DNA from: an uncultured delta proteobacterium
Lineage (GTDB): Bacteria; Desulfobacterota; Binatia; HRBIN30; BPIQ01
Reading direction: 5' to 3'
DNA: 64,000 nt
NCBI GenBank assembly: GCA_963761335.1
Contig: CAVXGR010000021.1
Location: 192,001 to 256,000 of the forward strand
This document shows positions 26,720 through 36,036 of this stretch, one piece after another. A program made the translations under genes and the position numbers. How positions within the stretch are numbered: position 1 is the first letter of the stretch; each line of letters begins with the position of its first letter. Below the pieces are notes generated by a model. It saw only the letters and a program-made list of their open reading frames with translations, had not been told where the DNA came from and searched no databases.

Positions 26720-28057
26720 ATGAGCGAGCCGGCGGAGATCCTCGACCTGAAGGTAGGCCTCTCGGCCAAGGACATGCTGGCGATGTGGCCGGTGCTCAGC
26801 CCCGAGGACCGCATCAGCGGCTTCCACATGCTGCCGCGGCCGCAGGCGGAGGACCTGTTCCTCAACCTGCCGACGCAAGATCAGGCGGATCTGCTGCTCT
26901 CCATTCCTGCGGAGGAGCGCCGCTCCTGGATGCGACTGCTGCCGCCCGACGACACCGCCGACCTGTTGCAGGCGGCGCCGGGCGAGGAGCGCGGCAACCT
27001 CCTGGCTCTGCTCGACGAGCCGACGCGCAAGGAGGTGTCCGGCCTGCTCGCCTACGCGGAGGATCAGGCCGGCGGCCTGATGAATCCGCGCTACGCGCGC
27101 CTGCGCCCGGAGATGACCGTCGACGAGGCCATCAGCTATCTGCGCAAGTACGCCCGCGAGCACACCCAGACGGCGTACTACGCCTACGTCCTCGACGAGC
27201 AGCAGCACCTGCTCGGCACGGTCACCTTCCGCGATCTGTTCGCCGCCGGCGCGGCCCAGCGGGTCGAGGAGATCATGCGGCGCGAAGTGGTCACCGTCAC
27301 CGAGGACCAGGACCAGGAGGCCGTCAGCCGCATCTTCGCCTCGCACCATTTCCTCGCCCTCCCGGTGGTGAACGCCGAGCGGCAGATGAAGGGCGTGGTC
27401 ACCATCGACGACATCGTCGACGTGGTGCAGGAAGAGGCCACCGAGGACATGCAGAAGATCAGCGGCATGGAGGCTCTCGACGCGCCCTACCTGAGCGTCA
27501 GCTTCCTGAGCATGACGCGCAAGCGTGGCGGCTGGCTCTCGGCGCTCTTCCTCGGCGAGATGCTCACCGCCACCGCGATGAGCTACTTCGAGGACGAGAT
27601 CGCGCGCGCCGTCGTCCTGGCGCTGTTCGTGCCGCTGATCATCAGCAGCGGCGGCAACTCCGGGTCGCAGGCCTCGACGCTGGTCATCCGCGCCATGGCT
27701 CTCGGCGAGGTGCGGCTGCGCGATTGGTGGCGGGTCATTCGCCGCGAGTTCGCTTCGGGCATCGCGCTCGGCGGTATCCTGGCGGTGATCGGCCTGCTGC
27801 GTATTCTCGTCTGGCAGGGGCTCTTCGGAATCTACGGAACGCACTACCTGCTCATCGCCTTCACTGTCGCTTCCAGCCTGGTGGGTGTCGTCACCTTCGG
27901 CACTCTGGCCGGATCGCTGCTGCCGTTCGTGTTGCGGCGCCTCGGCTTCGATCCGGCGAGCGCCTCGGCGCCCTTCGTGGCGACCCTGGTCGACGTCACC
28001 GGCCTGATCATCTACTTCACCGTCGCCAGCATCCTCCTGCACGGCACCCTGCTGTGA
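26720..28057 (+). CDS. mgtE: Magnesium transporter MgtE
   Basis: MgtE_N, AGGLM, two CBS domains, KRGGWL, SSGGNSGSQA and DPASASAPFVATLVDVTG. Confidence 0.96.
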   Translation: MSEPAEILDLKVGLSAKDMLAMWPVLSPEDRISGFHMLPRPQAEDLFLNLPTQDQADLLLSIPAEERRSWMRLLPPDDTADLLQAAPGEERGNLLALLDEPTRKEVSGLLAYAEDQAGGLMNPRYARLRPEMTVDEAISYLRKYAREHTQTAYYAYVLDEQQHLLGTVTFRDLFAAGAAQRVEEIMRREVVTVTEDQDQEAVSRIFASHHFLALPVVNAERQMKGVVTIDDIVDVVQEEATEDMQKISGMEALDAPYLSVSFLSMTRKRGGWLSALFLGEMLTATAMSYFEDEIARAVVLALFVPLIISSGGNSGSQASTLVIRAMALGEVRLRDWWRVIRREFASGIALGGILAVIGLLRILVWQGLFGIYGTHYLLIAFTVASSLVGVVTFGTLAGSLLPFVLRRLGFDPASASAPFVATLVDVTGLIIYFTVASILLHGTLL

Positions 28058-28087
28058 AGCTCCAGGGTCTTCCAGGCTGATTGCCAG

Positions 28088-28191
28088 TTCTCATTCCCGG
28101 TTCTCATCCCGTCGTTCTCCATTCGCTCTGACAGCCACAACTGCCCGGCGAATGACATGGAAAACGACGGGATGAGAACCGGGAATGAGAA
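28088..28191. repeat. MITE/REP-like palindromic element, family B copy 1
   Basis: 35-bp inverted arms (28088-28122 and 28157-28191) with one mismatch, between convergent genes. Confidence 0.8.
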
Positions 28192-28212
28192 TGAGACCCG
28201 GCTTCCTTCGTC

Positions 28213-28512
28213 TCAGTAGGCGACGCGGGCCTCGAGAGCGCCAGTCTCGCTGCGCTCGATCACCAGTCGGGACATGCAGGGCATGCAGTAGACACGATCT
28301 CCCGGCCGCAGCTCGCGGCTCGAGCGGATCACCACCTTGCACACCGGGCAGACGACCTCGTTGGGCGCCAGGACGTCGCCGGCGCCGCGCCACTTGCGGT
28401 AGAACTTGCGGTACTTCTTGGGGACCTCGTCGAAGCCGGTCTCCTCGAGGATGAATCGCCGCCGCGGCCGCTGGTCGAGCTCCGGGACCTCCTGCTCGAG
28501 CGGGTCGACCAT
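28213..28512 (-). CDS. Small 4-Cys metal-ribbon protein (rubredoxin/LysW-like CxxC...CxxC)
   Basis: 99 aa; VVCPVCKVVIRSSRELRPGDRVYCMPCMSRLVI; the ATG overlaps the upstream TAA (TAATG). Confidence 0.8.
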   Translation of the reverse strand: MVDPLEQEVPELDQRPRRRFILEETGFDEVPKKYRKFYRKWRGAGDVLAPNEVVCPVCKVVIRSSRELRPGDRVYCMPCMSRLVIERSETGALEARVAY

Positions 28513-29279
28513 TACGCGAACCCGAGTCGCTCGACCGACTCGAGGTAGGCGCGGCCGAGCAGGCGGCGCTCCTCGCGATCGCCGCCGATGTTGTTGAGCG
28601 TTTCCTCGAGCGTCTCCAGCACCAGGTGGTCGAGCTCCTTCTTCACCTCGCCGAGACGGGCGCGGATGTGTGGCGCCGCGAGCAGGCGCCGGCCGAGCTC
28701 GTTCTCGCCGAAGCCGATGTGCCGCCTCTCGTCCTTGACGACCCCGGCCAGTACCTCGCGCGTCACCGCGTCGGCGCTGCGCGCGTGCGTCTGAAAGACG
28801 GCGAACTCGAGGGCCTCGAGGATGACGTTTTGCGCGAAGATCGCCGCCTCCCAGTCCTTGCCGGCCACCAGCTCCAGGAGCCGGCGCTTGAAGAGGCCGA
28901 GGCTGCGGCTGGCGCGGCGTGCCACCTCGGCCTCGGGGTCGGCGACGCCGAGGGCGCCGAGGCGATGCAGGAAGACCTCGACGTGGCGCCCCTCGTCGGC
29001 CACCTGAGTCGCCAGGAAGATTTTCGCCATGCGGTTCGGGGCAATCGCGATCAGACCGCTGGCGCCTTCGAGAGCGGCTGTCTCCCCGAGGCAGTAGTTG
29101 CAGACGACGGTGATCAGGCGTTCGCGCTCGAGGTCGCTCATCGCCTCCTCCGCGGTCCCGGGCCGGTGCCCATGGGTCAGACCGGAGAGGTATCCTTCCA
29201 CGGCTTCGAACCAGAACTCGAACGAGTGCACGCGCTCGAGGAACTCCCGGGGATCGAGATCGTGAACGTCGGTGGTCAC
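28512..29279 (-). CDS. Ferritin-like diiron protein B (aldehyde-deformylating oxygenase-like)
   Basis: Ligand pattern GE...DEGRH...ILE...DERRH; the segment VLAGVVKDERRHIGFGENEL. Confidence 0.8.
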   Translation of the reverse strand: MTTDVHDLDPREFLERVHSFEFWFEAVEGYLSGLTHGHRPGTAEEAMSDLERERLITVVCNYCLGETAALEGASGLIAIAPNRMAKIFLATQVADEGRHVEVFLHRLGALGVADPEAEVARRASRSLGLFKRRLLELVAGKDWEAAIFAQNVILEALEFAVFQTHARSADAVTREVLAGVVKDERRHIGFGENELGRRLLAAPHIRARLGEVKKELDHLVLETLEETLNNIGGDREERRLLGRAYLESVERLGFA

Positions 29280-29312
29280 GGCGGCGCCCGTATGCAGATG
29301 AGAGAAGCGCCC

Positions 29313-30197
29313 TCAGGGGCGGATCGGAGTCTGGTAATCGATGCCGATGCGGCCGAGCCGGGTCTTGAACTCCTTCAGCACGGTGTCGGCGAGGACGTTC
29401 TCCATCTCCTCCGGCTCCATCTGTGCCAGGTCGACACCCTGCCATCTGGCGTGCTGCCCGGCGCGGGACATCTGCTCTTCCAACTTGTCGAACTCGGCTT
29501 GCGCCGGGTTGTTGCGGAAAGCGTCGGCGAAGGTAGCGAGCATGTAGTAGGACATCTCCTTCTGCAGCTTCTCCACCTCCGACTTCCTCTCGGGATGCTC
29601 CTTGAGCAGTGAGCCGATGCGGTTCTCGCCGAAGCCGACGTGGCGGCGCTCGTCGGCGATGGTGCCGGAGAGCGTGTGGGCAAACTTCGGATTCATCGAC
29701 TCGCTCATGGCGTGGAGCATCTCGAAGACGCTGAACGCCATGCCCTCGAGGACGATGTTCTGGCCGACGACGCCGGCGACGAAGTCCTTCTTGTCCACCT
29801 TCTCGAGCAGAAGCTCGGCGAACTTCACCAGGTTCGGGTTGGCGTAGTGGGAGATGACGTCTTCGATCTCGTGCTTCTTCACGCCCAGATCGATCAGACG
29901 CTGGGTGAAGATCTCGGTGTGACGCGCTTCGTCCACGGTCTGCGTCGCCAGAAAACGCTTGCTGGGGGCGTCGGGGGCGGCGTTGATCAGACCGGAGGAG
30001 GCGGCCAGGGCGCAGCGCTCGCCGACCACCAGCTGCACGGTCGTGCGGATCGTCTCCTGGCGGAGAATTTCATTGCTCAGGATGAGCGGGGGCTCGGCCT
30101 CACCCGGCTTGTGGCCGTACTCCGTGCCTTCCAGGTAACCCTGAGGACAGGACTCAAGCCAGCTCTGAATCGAGTACGCGGACAGAAAATCAGCCAT
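29313..30197 (-). CDS. Ferritin-like diiron protein A (paralog of B)
   Basis: GE...DEARH...VLE...DERRHVGFGEN; AAGGAGG RBS before ATG 30197. Confidence 0.82.
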   Translation of the reverse strand: MADFLSAYSIQSWLESCPQGYLEGTEYGHKPGEAEPPLILSNEILRQETIRTTVQLVVGERCALAASSGLINAAPDAPSKRFLATQTVDEARHTEIFTQRLIDLGVKKHEIEDVISHYANPNLVKFAELLLEKVDKKDFVAGVVGQNIVLEGMAFSVFEMLHAMSESMNPKFAHTLSGTIADERRHVGFGENRIGSLLKEHPERKSEVEKLQKEMSYYMLATFADAFRNNPAQAEFDKLEEQMSRAGQHARWQGVDLAQMEPEEMENVLADTVLKEFKTRLGRIGIDYQTPIRP

Positions 30198-30252
30198 GGG
30201 ACCTCCTTCGGCAAATGTCGCATCGGTATATGCGGCTCCCGGCACTGCCCCT

Positions 30253-30288
30253 ATGACAAAGGTCATCGTTTCCGATGTCGATGGTCAT
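30253..30288. promoter_or_regulatory. Tandem palindromic operator ATGAC-N4-GTCAT (two copies, 22 bp apart)
   Basis: ATGACAAAGGTCAT (30253-30266) and ATGTCGATGGTCAT (30275-30288) upstream of the diiron operon. Confidence 0.5.
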
Positions 30289-30337
30289 GCCGCAGCCGCG
30301 CAATCCCTCGCGCCGCTGGGAAGAAGAGTCCGGAGCC

Positions 30338-30952
30338 TCAGTGCCGCAGGCGAATGTCGACGGTGCGCATCTTGGCGTCGTCGAGGTTCAACTTCTGCTC
30401 CGCGGGCTGCAGCCCCGGATGCCAGGCGTGCAGCGAGTACTGGCCAGCGGGAATGCCGCTCAGCGTGTAGGTGCCGTCGGCGCTGACGCGGGTGAAGAAG
30501 GAGTTGGGGAGGACGAGGAGATCGCCGCTCATCTGCGTCTGGACCTTGCAGCGCAGCCCGATGACTCCCGGCTTGTCGAAGGTGACCGAGCGGCTGGCGC
30601 CCTTCTCGAATACGCCCAAGTCGAACTGCTTGGCAGGCGAGCCCGAGAAGATGTTATGGAGACCTTCGTCGGAGTTGTGGAATTGCACAGAGCTGCCCAC
30701 GGGCACAGCGGACACCCGCGGCACAAAAGCATTCTTCTCGACGTCGATCTCGGCGCCGACCGGCGGCGTCGGTGCCGGCAGAGAGCCCTCCAGGTAGACG
30801 ATGGTGTCGGTGTTGGCGCCGCTTCCGGGCGGCAGAGTGACGCTGCCGGTCACCGTGCGCTCGTTCTCGGCCGCAGCCCGCCCGGCGATCCATGTCGACA
30901 GGGCGAGGGCGAGAGCGAGAGAGACGATCTGAATCGGACGCCGGGTTCGCAT
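30338..30952 (-). CDS. Exported cupredoxin-like protein with carboxypeptidase-regulatory-like C-terminal domain
   Basis: Signal peptide; FVPRVSAVPVGSSVQFHNSDEGLHNIFS; CKVQTQM; GIPAGQYSLHAWHP; GGAGGGAGG RBS. Confidence 0.75.
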   Translation of the reverse strand: MRTRRPIQIVSLALALALSTWIAGRAAAENERTVTGSVTLPPGSGANTDTIVYLEGSLPAPTPPVGAEIDVEKNAFVPRVSAVPVGSSVQFHNSDEGLHNIFSGSPAKQFDLGVFEKGASRSVTFDKPGVIGLRCKVQTQMSGDLLVLPNSFFTRVSADGTYTLSGIPAGQYSLHAWHPGLQPAEQKLNLDDAKMRTVDIRLRH

Positions 30953-31047
30953 GATCACAACCTCCCTCCGAATTGCCACAGGCACAAACCGTACCAGCAT
31001 CGCCCCGAGTCGGTCGCGAGTTGGTCATCACCGACCGCGGCGACCCA

Positions 31048-31063
31048 TGGCATGCGGTATGCT
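31048..31063 (+). promoter_or_regulatory. Candidate sigma54 promoter
   Basis: TGGCATGCGGTATGCT (GG-N10-GC), about 50 bp upstream of 31112. Confidence 0.45.
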
Positions 31064-31111
31064 GGCGTCGTTTTGCACGGAACCGATTAGGGTACAAGCA
31101 GGAGATCGAAT

Positions 31112-31840
31112 ATGTTGAAGAAGGGCATTGTGGTTGCGGCCGTCCTGGCGCTGGGTCTTGCCGGTGTCGCCACGGCAGAGTATCGCGAAGAGCCGGTCGC
31201 CAACGGCGGCGGTATCGCCGGGCGGGTGCGCGTCACCGGCGACGTCCCCAAGCTGCCGCCGCAGCCGGTGTTCAAGCACCAGGAGGAATGCGGCACCAGC
31301 ATCCCCGACGAACGCGTCGTCGTCGACGGTGCCGGCGGGCTGAGCAACGCCGTGGTGTCGCTGGCGAACGTCAGTGCCGGCAAGCCGATCCCGCGCGACC
31401 GGGCGGTGCTTCTCGACAACCGCAAGTGCGCCTTCGTGCCGCACGTCCTCTCCGCCACCGCCGGGCAGACCCTGGAGATCAAGAACAGCGATCCCTTTCT
31501 CCACGACGCCCATGCCTCCCTGGGGCCGCGCACCCTGTTCAACGTCGCCCTGCCCAAGGGCCGCACCGTGCACGAGCCGATCGCCTTTCCCGGTCTGGTC
31601 GACATCAATTGCAACGTGCGCCACACCTGGATGCACGCCTACCTGTACGTCGCCGATCATCCCTATCACACGGTCACCGGCGGCGGCGGAAGTTTCCGTA
31701 TCGACCAGATACCTCCGGGGCGCTATACAGTGACGGTGTGGCACGAGTTACTGGGCAGCGCCGAGAAGCAGATCGTGGTCGAGCCCGGGAAGACGACCTC
31801 AGTGGATTTCGAGCTGCAGTCGACGGCGGCGGCGCCTTGA
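31112..31840 (+). CDS. Exported cupredoxin-like protein with carboxypeptidase-regulatory-like domain
   Basis: Signal peptide; CAFVPHV, NSDPFLHDAH, CNVRHTWM and IPPGRYTVTVWHE. Confidence 0.8.
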   Translation: MLKKGIVVAAVLALGLAGVATAEYREEPVANGGGIAGRVRVTGDVPKLPPQPVFKHQEECGTSIPDERVVVDGAGGLSNAVVSLANVSAGKPIPRDRAVLLDNRKCAFVPHVLSATAGQTLEIKNSDPFLHDAHASLGPRTLFNVALPKGRTVHEPIAFPGLVDINCNVRHTWMHAYLYVADHPYHTVTGGGGSFRIDQIPPGRYTVTVWHELLGSAEKQIVVEPGKTTSVDFELQSTAAAP

Positions 31841-32001
31841 GCTTCTCAGATCTGCAAAAGAAAGTGCGGTGATTCCCGCTGCTGAGAAATGTTGAGAGTG
31901 GCAAAAAGTCAAAAAAGTCAAGGAGTTTTGTTGACGATAGCGGCCTCCTCATGATAGGCGGCGTAGCGCCTGACCGGGATGAGATTTTCTGGAGGGAGAC
32001 G

Positions 32002-32328
32002 ATGAAGCGAGCGATTACAGTTGTGGTTCTGGTCATGATGACGGCGGCATCGGCGTGGGCCGTGGAGGGCTCGGCGGTATTCAATCAGAAGTGCAAGCCG
32101 TGTCACAGCATCGCCGGGGCTGGAGGGCCGATGGCCAAGCTCGGCGGCCCCTTGGACGAGGTTGGCAAGACGCACGACGAGGCTTGGTTGCGCGCCTACC
32201 TGGCCAATCCGAAGTCCAAGGTTCCGAACTCCAAGATGCCCAAGGTGACCCTGAGCGACGAGGAGATGAACGGCATCGTCACCTACCTGCTCACCATGAA
32301 GGGCGCACCGGCGCCGGCCTCGAAGTGA
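32002..32328 (+). CDS. Periplasmic monoheme class I cytochrome c
   Basis: Signal peptide AWA-V; CKPCH; GGPLD; SKMP distal Met; GGAGGG RBS. Confidence 0.93.
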   Translation: MKRAITVVVLVMMTAASAWAVEGSAVFNQKCKPCHSIAGAGGPMAKLGGPLDEVGKTHDEAWLRAYLANPKSKVPNSKMPKVTLSDEEMNGIVTYLLTMKGAPAPASK

Positions 32329-32332
32329 GGCA

Positions 32333-32356
32333 ACCGCCCGCGCTGTCGCGGGCGGT
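32333..32356 (+). terminator. GC-rich intergenic hairpin (partial terminator or mRNA stabiliser)
   Basis: ACCGCCCGCG-CTGT-CGCGGGCGGT, a perfect 10-bp stem with no U tract. Confidence 0.45.
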
Positions 32357-32382
32357 GTAAGAGTTCTGCGAGGGGGTTGGAA

Positions 32383-34599
32383 ATGGCATTCCAGCGACAT
32401 CGGGTCTCTCAGTGGCAAGTGGCCGTGGGTCTGTGTCTCGGGGCGTGCATCTGGGCGGGCTGTAACAGCCACGACGTGATCGTCGCTGCGCCCACCCAGA
32501 CGCCGACGGGAACGGCGACCGCGGGCGGCGAGCCGACGCATACGGCGACGATCCCAGCCGAGCTGCCGACGCCGACGGCGACAGCGACGACGGCGCAGCC
32601 CGGTGGTCCAGCCGGTGCGGGGATTCTCGGAAGCATCACCGATGCGACCATCTCCTCCGACGGCACCATCACGGCGACGTTTATGATCACCGACGCCCAA
32701 GGGGTGCCGGTGACGCCGGTGCTGAGCTCGACGACGGACGAGCAAAAGGCACGCGTCCGTCTCGTCATCGCCCACGTCGAGAACTACGGTGGCGGCGGCG
32801 AGTTCAACAACACGCTCACCCGCTACGTGAACGACATCAATGCGACCGCCCCGGGATTCGACAGCATGGGGACCCTCGAGGCGGTCGACGCCGCCAGCGG
32901 CGTCTATCGCTACACGTTCAACACCAAGTTGCCCGCGGGCTTCGACGCCTCGCAAACCTACACCATCGGCATGCAGGTGGACCGCACCTATGCCGGCGTG
33001 CGGATCGGCGTCAACCCGATCTTCGATCTGGTTCCGGGCGGCGGCACGCCGCAGCCGGCCGTGGCCACCACCACGGAGCAGTGCAACGCCTGTCACGCAC
33101 CTCTGATCGCCCACGGCAACCGCCGCGAGGTGCGCCTCTGCGTCCTCTGCCATACCGAGGCTGCCACCACTTCGGACGGCACGACCATTGCCTTCAAGAA
33201 CATGATCCACAAGATTCACGCCGGAAAGAATCTGCCGTCCGTGGTCAACGGCGCACCCGGTGCGCAGTACGCGATCGGCCGGGCCGTCTTCGCGGAGAAG
33301 CTGGACAACGGCGACGTCGTCGGCGTCGGCTTCCCGCGCCCGCTGAACGATTGCATGACGTGCCACTCGGACGGGCCGACGGTGGACTACTACCGCGAGC
33401 AGCCGCAGGCCGCGGCCTGCGCCACCTGCCACGACAACGTCAACCCCTCGCTGGAGACCACCGCCGCCGGACCTCCGGGGACCAATCACTTCCAATCGAA
33501 GGGTTTCTCCGACGGCGAGTGCATCTTCTGCCACACGGCCGAGGCGCAGCAGGAGTTCGACATCTCGGTGCCCGGGGCGCACGTGATCCCGGAGCGTTCG
33601 GCCCAGCTCGCCGGCCTCAACGTCGACATCACCGACATCGCCAACAACGTGGCCGGCGAAGCGCCGACGGTCTCGTTCAAGGTGACCGATGACGCCGGCA
33701 CGCCTCTGCTCGACCTCTCCGGACTGAACCGCCTCGGCTTCACCTTCGCCGGGCCGACGACCGACTACCAGCGGGTAATGGCGCTGACGGCGGTGGGCGG
33801 CGGCTCCTCGGGCACCGTGACCGGTCCCGACGCCGACGGTGTCTTCGAGTACACACCGGCTTCGGTGATTCCGGCCGACGCCATGGGCAGCTGGACGGTC
33901 GGGGCCGAGGCGCGGCGGCTCGTGGAGCTGGTCACTTCCGATCCCAACCGCACCATCGAGGTCGAGGAGGCGGCGCCCAATCCGGTGATGGACTTCTCGG
34001 TGGACGGCTCCGATGTGCTGGCGCGCCGCACCGTGGTGGCCGACGACCATTGCCAGGTGTGTCACGGCGAGTTCTCCAAGGGCTTCTCGATCCACGGCAA
34101 CCTGCGCAACCGCGTCGACTACTGCGTCACGTGCCACAACCCCAACGCCACCGATGCGGCGCGGCGCCCGGCGGGCTCGACGATGGTCACGCCGATTGAC
34201 TTCAAGGTGATGATCCACAAGATCCACCGCGGTGAGAACCTGGCGATGAAGCCGTACATCATCTACGGCTTCGGCTCGACGGCGAACGACTTCTCCGATG
34301 TGCGTTACCCCGGGGATCTGACCAAATGCGACAAGTGCCACGTCAATAACAGCAACTTGATTCCGCCCTATCCGGGAACGGCGGTCGGCACGATCATCGC
34401 CCATCTCGATCCGAACACCGGCATGCTGATCACCGACGGCCACAAGCAGCCGATCACCTCGGTGTGCACCTCCTGCCACGACAGCGATGTGGCCATGGCG
34501 CACGTCGAGACGCAGACCAGCGGCACCGACGGCGAGGCCTGCAGCGTCTGCCACGCGGAAGGACGGCAGGCGGCGGTATCGTTGGTGCATCAGGACTAG
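32383..34599 (+). CDS. OmcA/MtrC-family decaheme outer-surface lipoprotein cytochrome
   Basis: Lipobox WAGC; 10 CxxCH arranged 5+5, each group preceded by a beta-rich domain; MIHKIH.G twice; GVYRYTF and GVFEYT. Confidence 0.9.
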   Translation: MAFQRHRVSQWQVAVGLCLGACIWAGCNSHDVIVAAPTQTPTGTATAGGEPTHTATIPAELPTPTATATTAQPGGPAGAGILGSITDATISSDGTITATFMITDAQGVPVTPVLSSTTDEQKARVRLVIAHVENYGGGGEFNNTLTRYVNDINATAPGFDSMGTLEAVDAASGVYRYTFNTKLPAGFDASQTYTIGMQVDRTYAGVRIGVNPIFDLVPGGGTPQPAVATTTEQCNACHAPLIAHGNRREVRLCVLCHTEAATTSDGTTIAFKNMIHKIHAGKNLPSVVNGAPGAQYAIGRAVFAEKLDNGDVVGVGFPRPLNDCMTCHSDGPTVDYYREQPQAAACATCHDNVNPSLETTAAGPPGTNHFQSKGFSDGECIFCHTAEAQQEFDISVPGAHVIPERSAQLAGLNVDITDIANNVAGEAPTVSFKVTDDAGTPLLDLSGLNRLGFTFAGPTTDYQRVMALTAVGGGSSGTVTGPDADGVFEYTPASVIPADAMGSWTVGAEARRLVELVTSDPNRTIEVEEAAPNPVMDFSVDGSDVLARRTVVADDHCQVCHGEFSKGFSIHGNLRNRVDYCVTCHNPNATDAARRPAGSTMVTPIDFKVMIHKIHRGENLAMKPYIIYGFGSTANDFSDVRYPGDLTKCDKCHVNNSNLIPPYPGTAVGTIIAHLDPNTGMLITDGHKQPITSVCTSCHDSDVAMAHVETQTSGTDGEACSVCHAEGRQAAVSLVHQD

Positions 34600-34656
34600 A
34601 CTGAAACGGGCAGCGACGCGCCGTCGCCGGACGGCCGTCGCTTCGCGTCAACCACG

Positions 34657-36036
34657 GTGTCCGGCGGTGGGGGGTTCGTGACCAGGCAGCGCGTGTCGAG
34701 AGGGCGGCGACAGCGACAGGGACTGATCCTGCGGGCGGTCTCCTGCTTGGTGCTGTCGGCGTTGCTCTCGACTCCGGTGATGGCGGCTGAGCTGCGCACC
34801 GGCCTTCTGCTGCTCGGTCAGGTGCGCGACGGCGATCAGAGTCGCCAGACCGAGGTGCCCGTCGACTTCTACGGCAATCTCGGGGTCACCGGCCTGCACC
34901 ACGGCAGCGAGCTCGGCACTTATTTCCGCCTGCAGCGCGACTTCTCTCTCGACCAGGGTGCCGCCGATTTCTACGCTGGCTACCTGCGCGTACCGGGTGC
35001 CATTCCCGGCGTCGACTTCACCGTCGGCCGCCAGTTCCTCAGCGAGGTGCCGGGAGGCGCCTTCGTCGCCGACGCCGGAAAGATTCGCCTCGACCTCGGC
35101 GGACCGGTTGCCTTCACGGTCTTCGGGGGACAGCCGCAGTACTTCGAGCCCACCTTCTCCTCCGACATCATCTCGCAGGACGAGATCATCTTCGGCGGCA
35201 GCATGCGCACCACGCACCTGCACAACGGCGTGATCACTCTCGGATACCTGCAGCAGGAGCGCGATCAGAAGGTCCTGCGACAGCTGATCAGCGGCTCCTT
35301 CAGCCGCGCCTTCACCCGCGCTCCCGGGCTGCCGACGGTGTACGGCACGCTCGCCTACGATGCCGACCGGCAGAACATCGATCGCGGCACCCTCGGCTTC
35401 GACGTCTTCCTCTCCCAGCCGCGCCTGAGCCTCAACTTCGAGAGCGGCTACTACAAGCCCCAGGACCAGGGAGAGCGCGTCATCGTCGACCTCAACCGCC
35501 GCGAGGACCCGATCTTCGAGCTCTTCTCGATCAGCGAGCTGCTTCAATTTCGCGGCGGTCTTCGCTACACGCTCTCCCCGGAGCTCTCCGCCTATGGCGG
35601 CTACTCGTTTCAGACCTACGACCGGACCGCCAACGACCGTGTCGACGGGCATCTCGGCAACGCCGGTCTGGTGTGGCTGCCGGGAGGCGACGGTCTGGAG
35701 GTGGTCGGAGCGGAGTACTACGTGATCGACAGCAAGGGGGGCACGGTGAACGGCGGACGGGCGTACTACGAGAACCGCGTCTACCGGCGCATTCTCTTCC
35801 AGTCCAAGGTCGATGTGGCCTATTACGACAAGGAATCGAACCAGCACGATACCGCCGTGAGCAGCCTTCTCGGGCTCGGTTACGACGTGTTGCCCGGACT
35901 GCTCGTCGAGCTGACCTTCGAGGCCAATCACAACATGCGCTTCAACGAGGACTACCGCTTCGGGTTTCTGGTCAGCTACAACGGCCGGCTGCGCAGCGGC
36001 GATTCGCGGGCGTCGTCCAAGAAGGAGCCCTCGTGA
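34657..36036 (+). CDS. Outer-membrane beta-barrel porin of a porin-cytochrome conduit
   Basis: Signal peptide (VMA-AE); alternating aromatic/hydrophobic strands throughout (VGRQF, FRGGLRYTL, YRFGFLVSY); sits among cytochrome genes. Start uncertain. Confidence 0.72.
   Translation: MSGGGGFVTRQRVSRGRRQRQGLILRAVSCLVLSALLSTPVMAAELRTGLLLLGQVRDGDQSRQTEVPVDFYGNLGVTGLHHGSELGTYFRLQRDFSLDQGAADFYAGYLRVPGAIPGVDFTVGRQFLSEVPGGAFVADAGKIRLDLGGPVAFTVFGGQPQYFEPTFSSDIISQDEIIFGGSMRTTHLHNGVITLGYLQQERDQKVLRQLISGSFSRAFTRAPGLPTVYGTLAYDADRQNIDRGTLGFDVFLSQPRLSLNFESGYYKPQDQGERVIVDLNRREDPIFELFSISELLQFRGGLRYTLSPELSAYGGYSFQTYDRTANDRVDGHLGNAGLVWLPGGDGLEVVGAEYYVIDSKGGTVNGGRAYYENRVYRRILFQSKVDVAYYDKESNQHDTAVSSLLGLGYDVLPGLLVELTFEANHNMRFNEDYRFGFLVSYNGRLRSGDSRASSKKEPS

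Noticed and set aside
28512..30197. Ribonucleotide reductase R2, bacterioferritin or encapsulin cargo
   Set aside because: No R1 or encapsulin gene nearby, too long for bacterioferritin, and no recognisable C-terminal targeting peptide.
31063..31077. Second sigma54-like motif TGGCGTCGTTTTGCA
   Set aside because: GG-to-GC spacing is 9 rather than the required 10.
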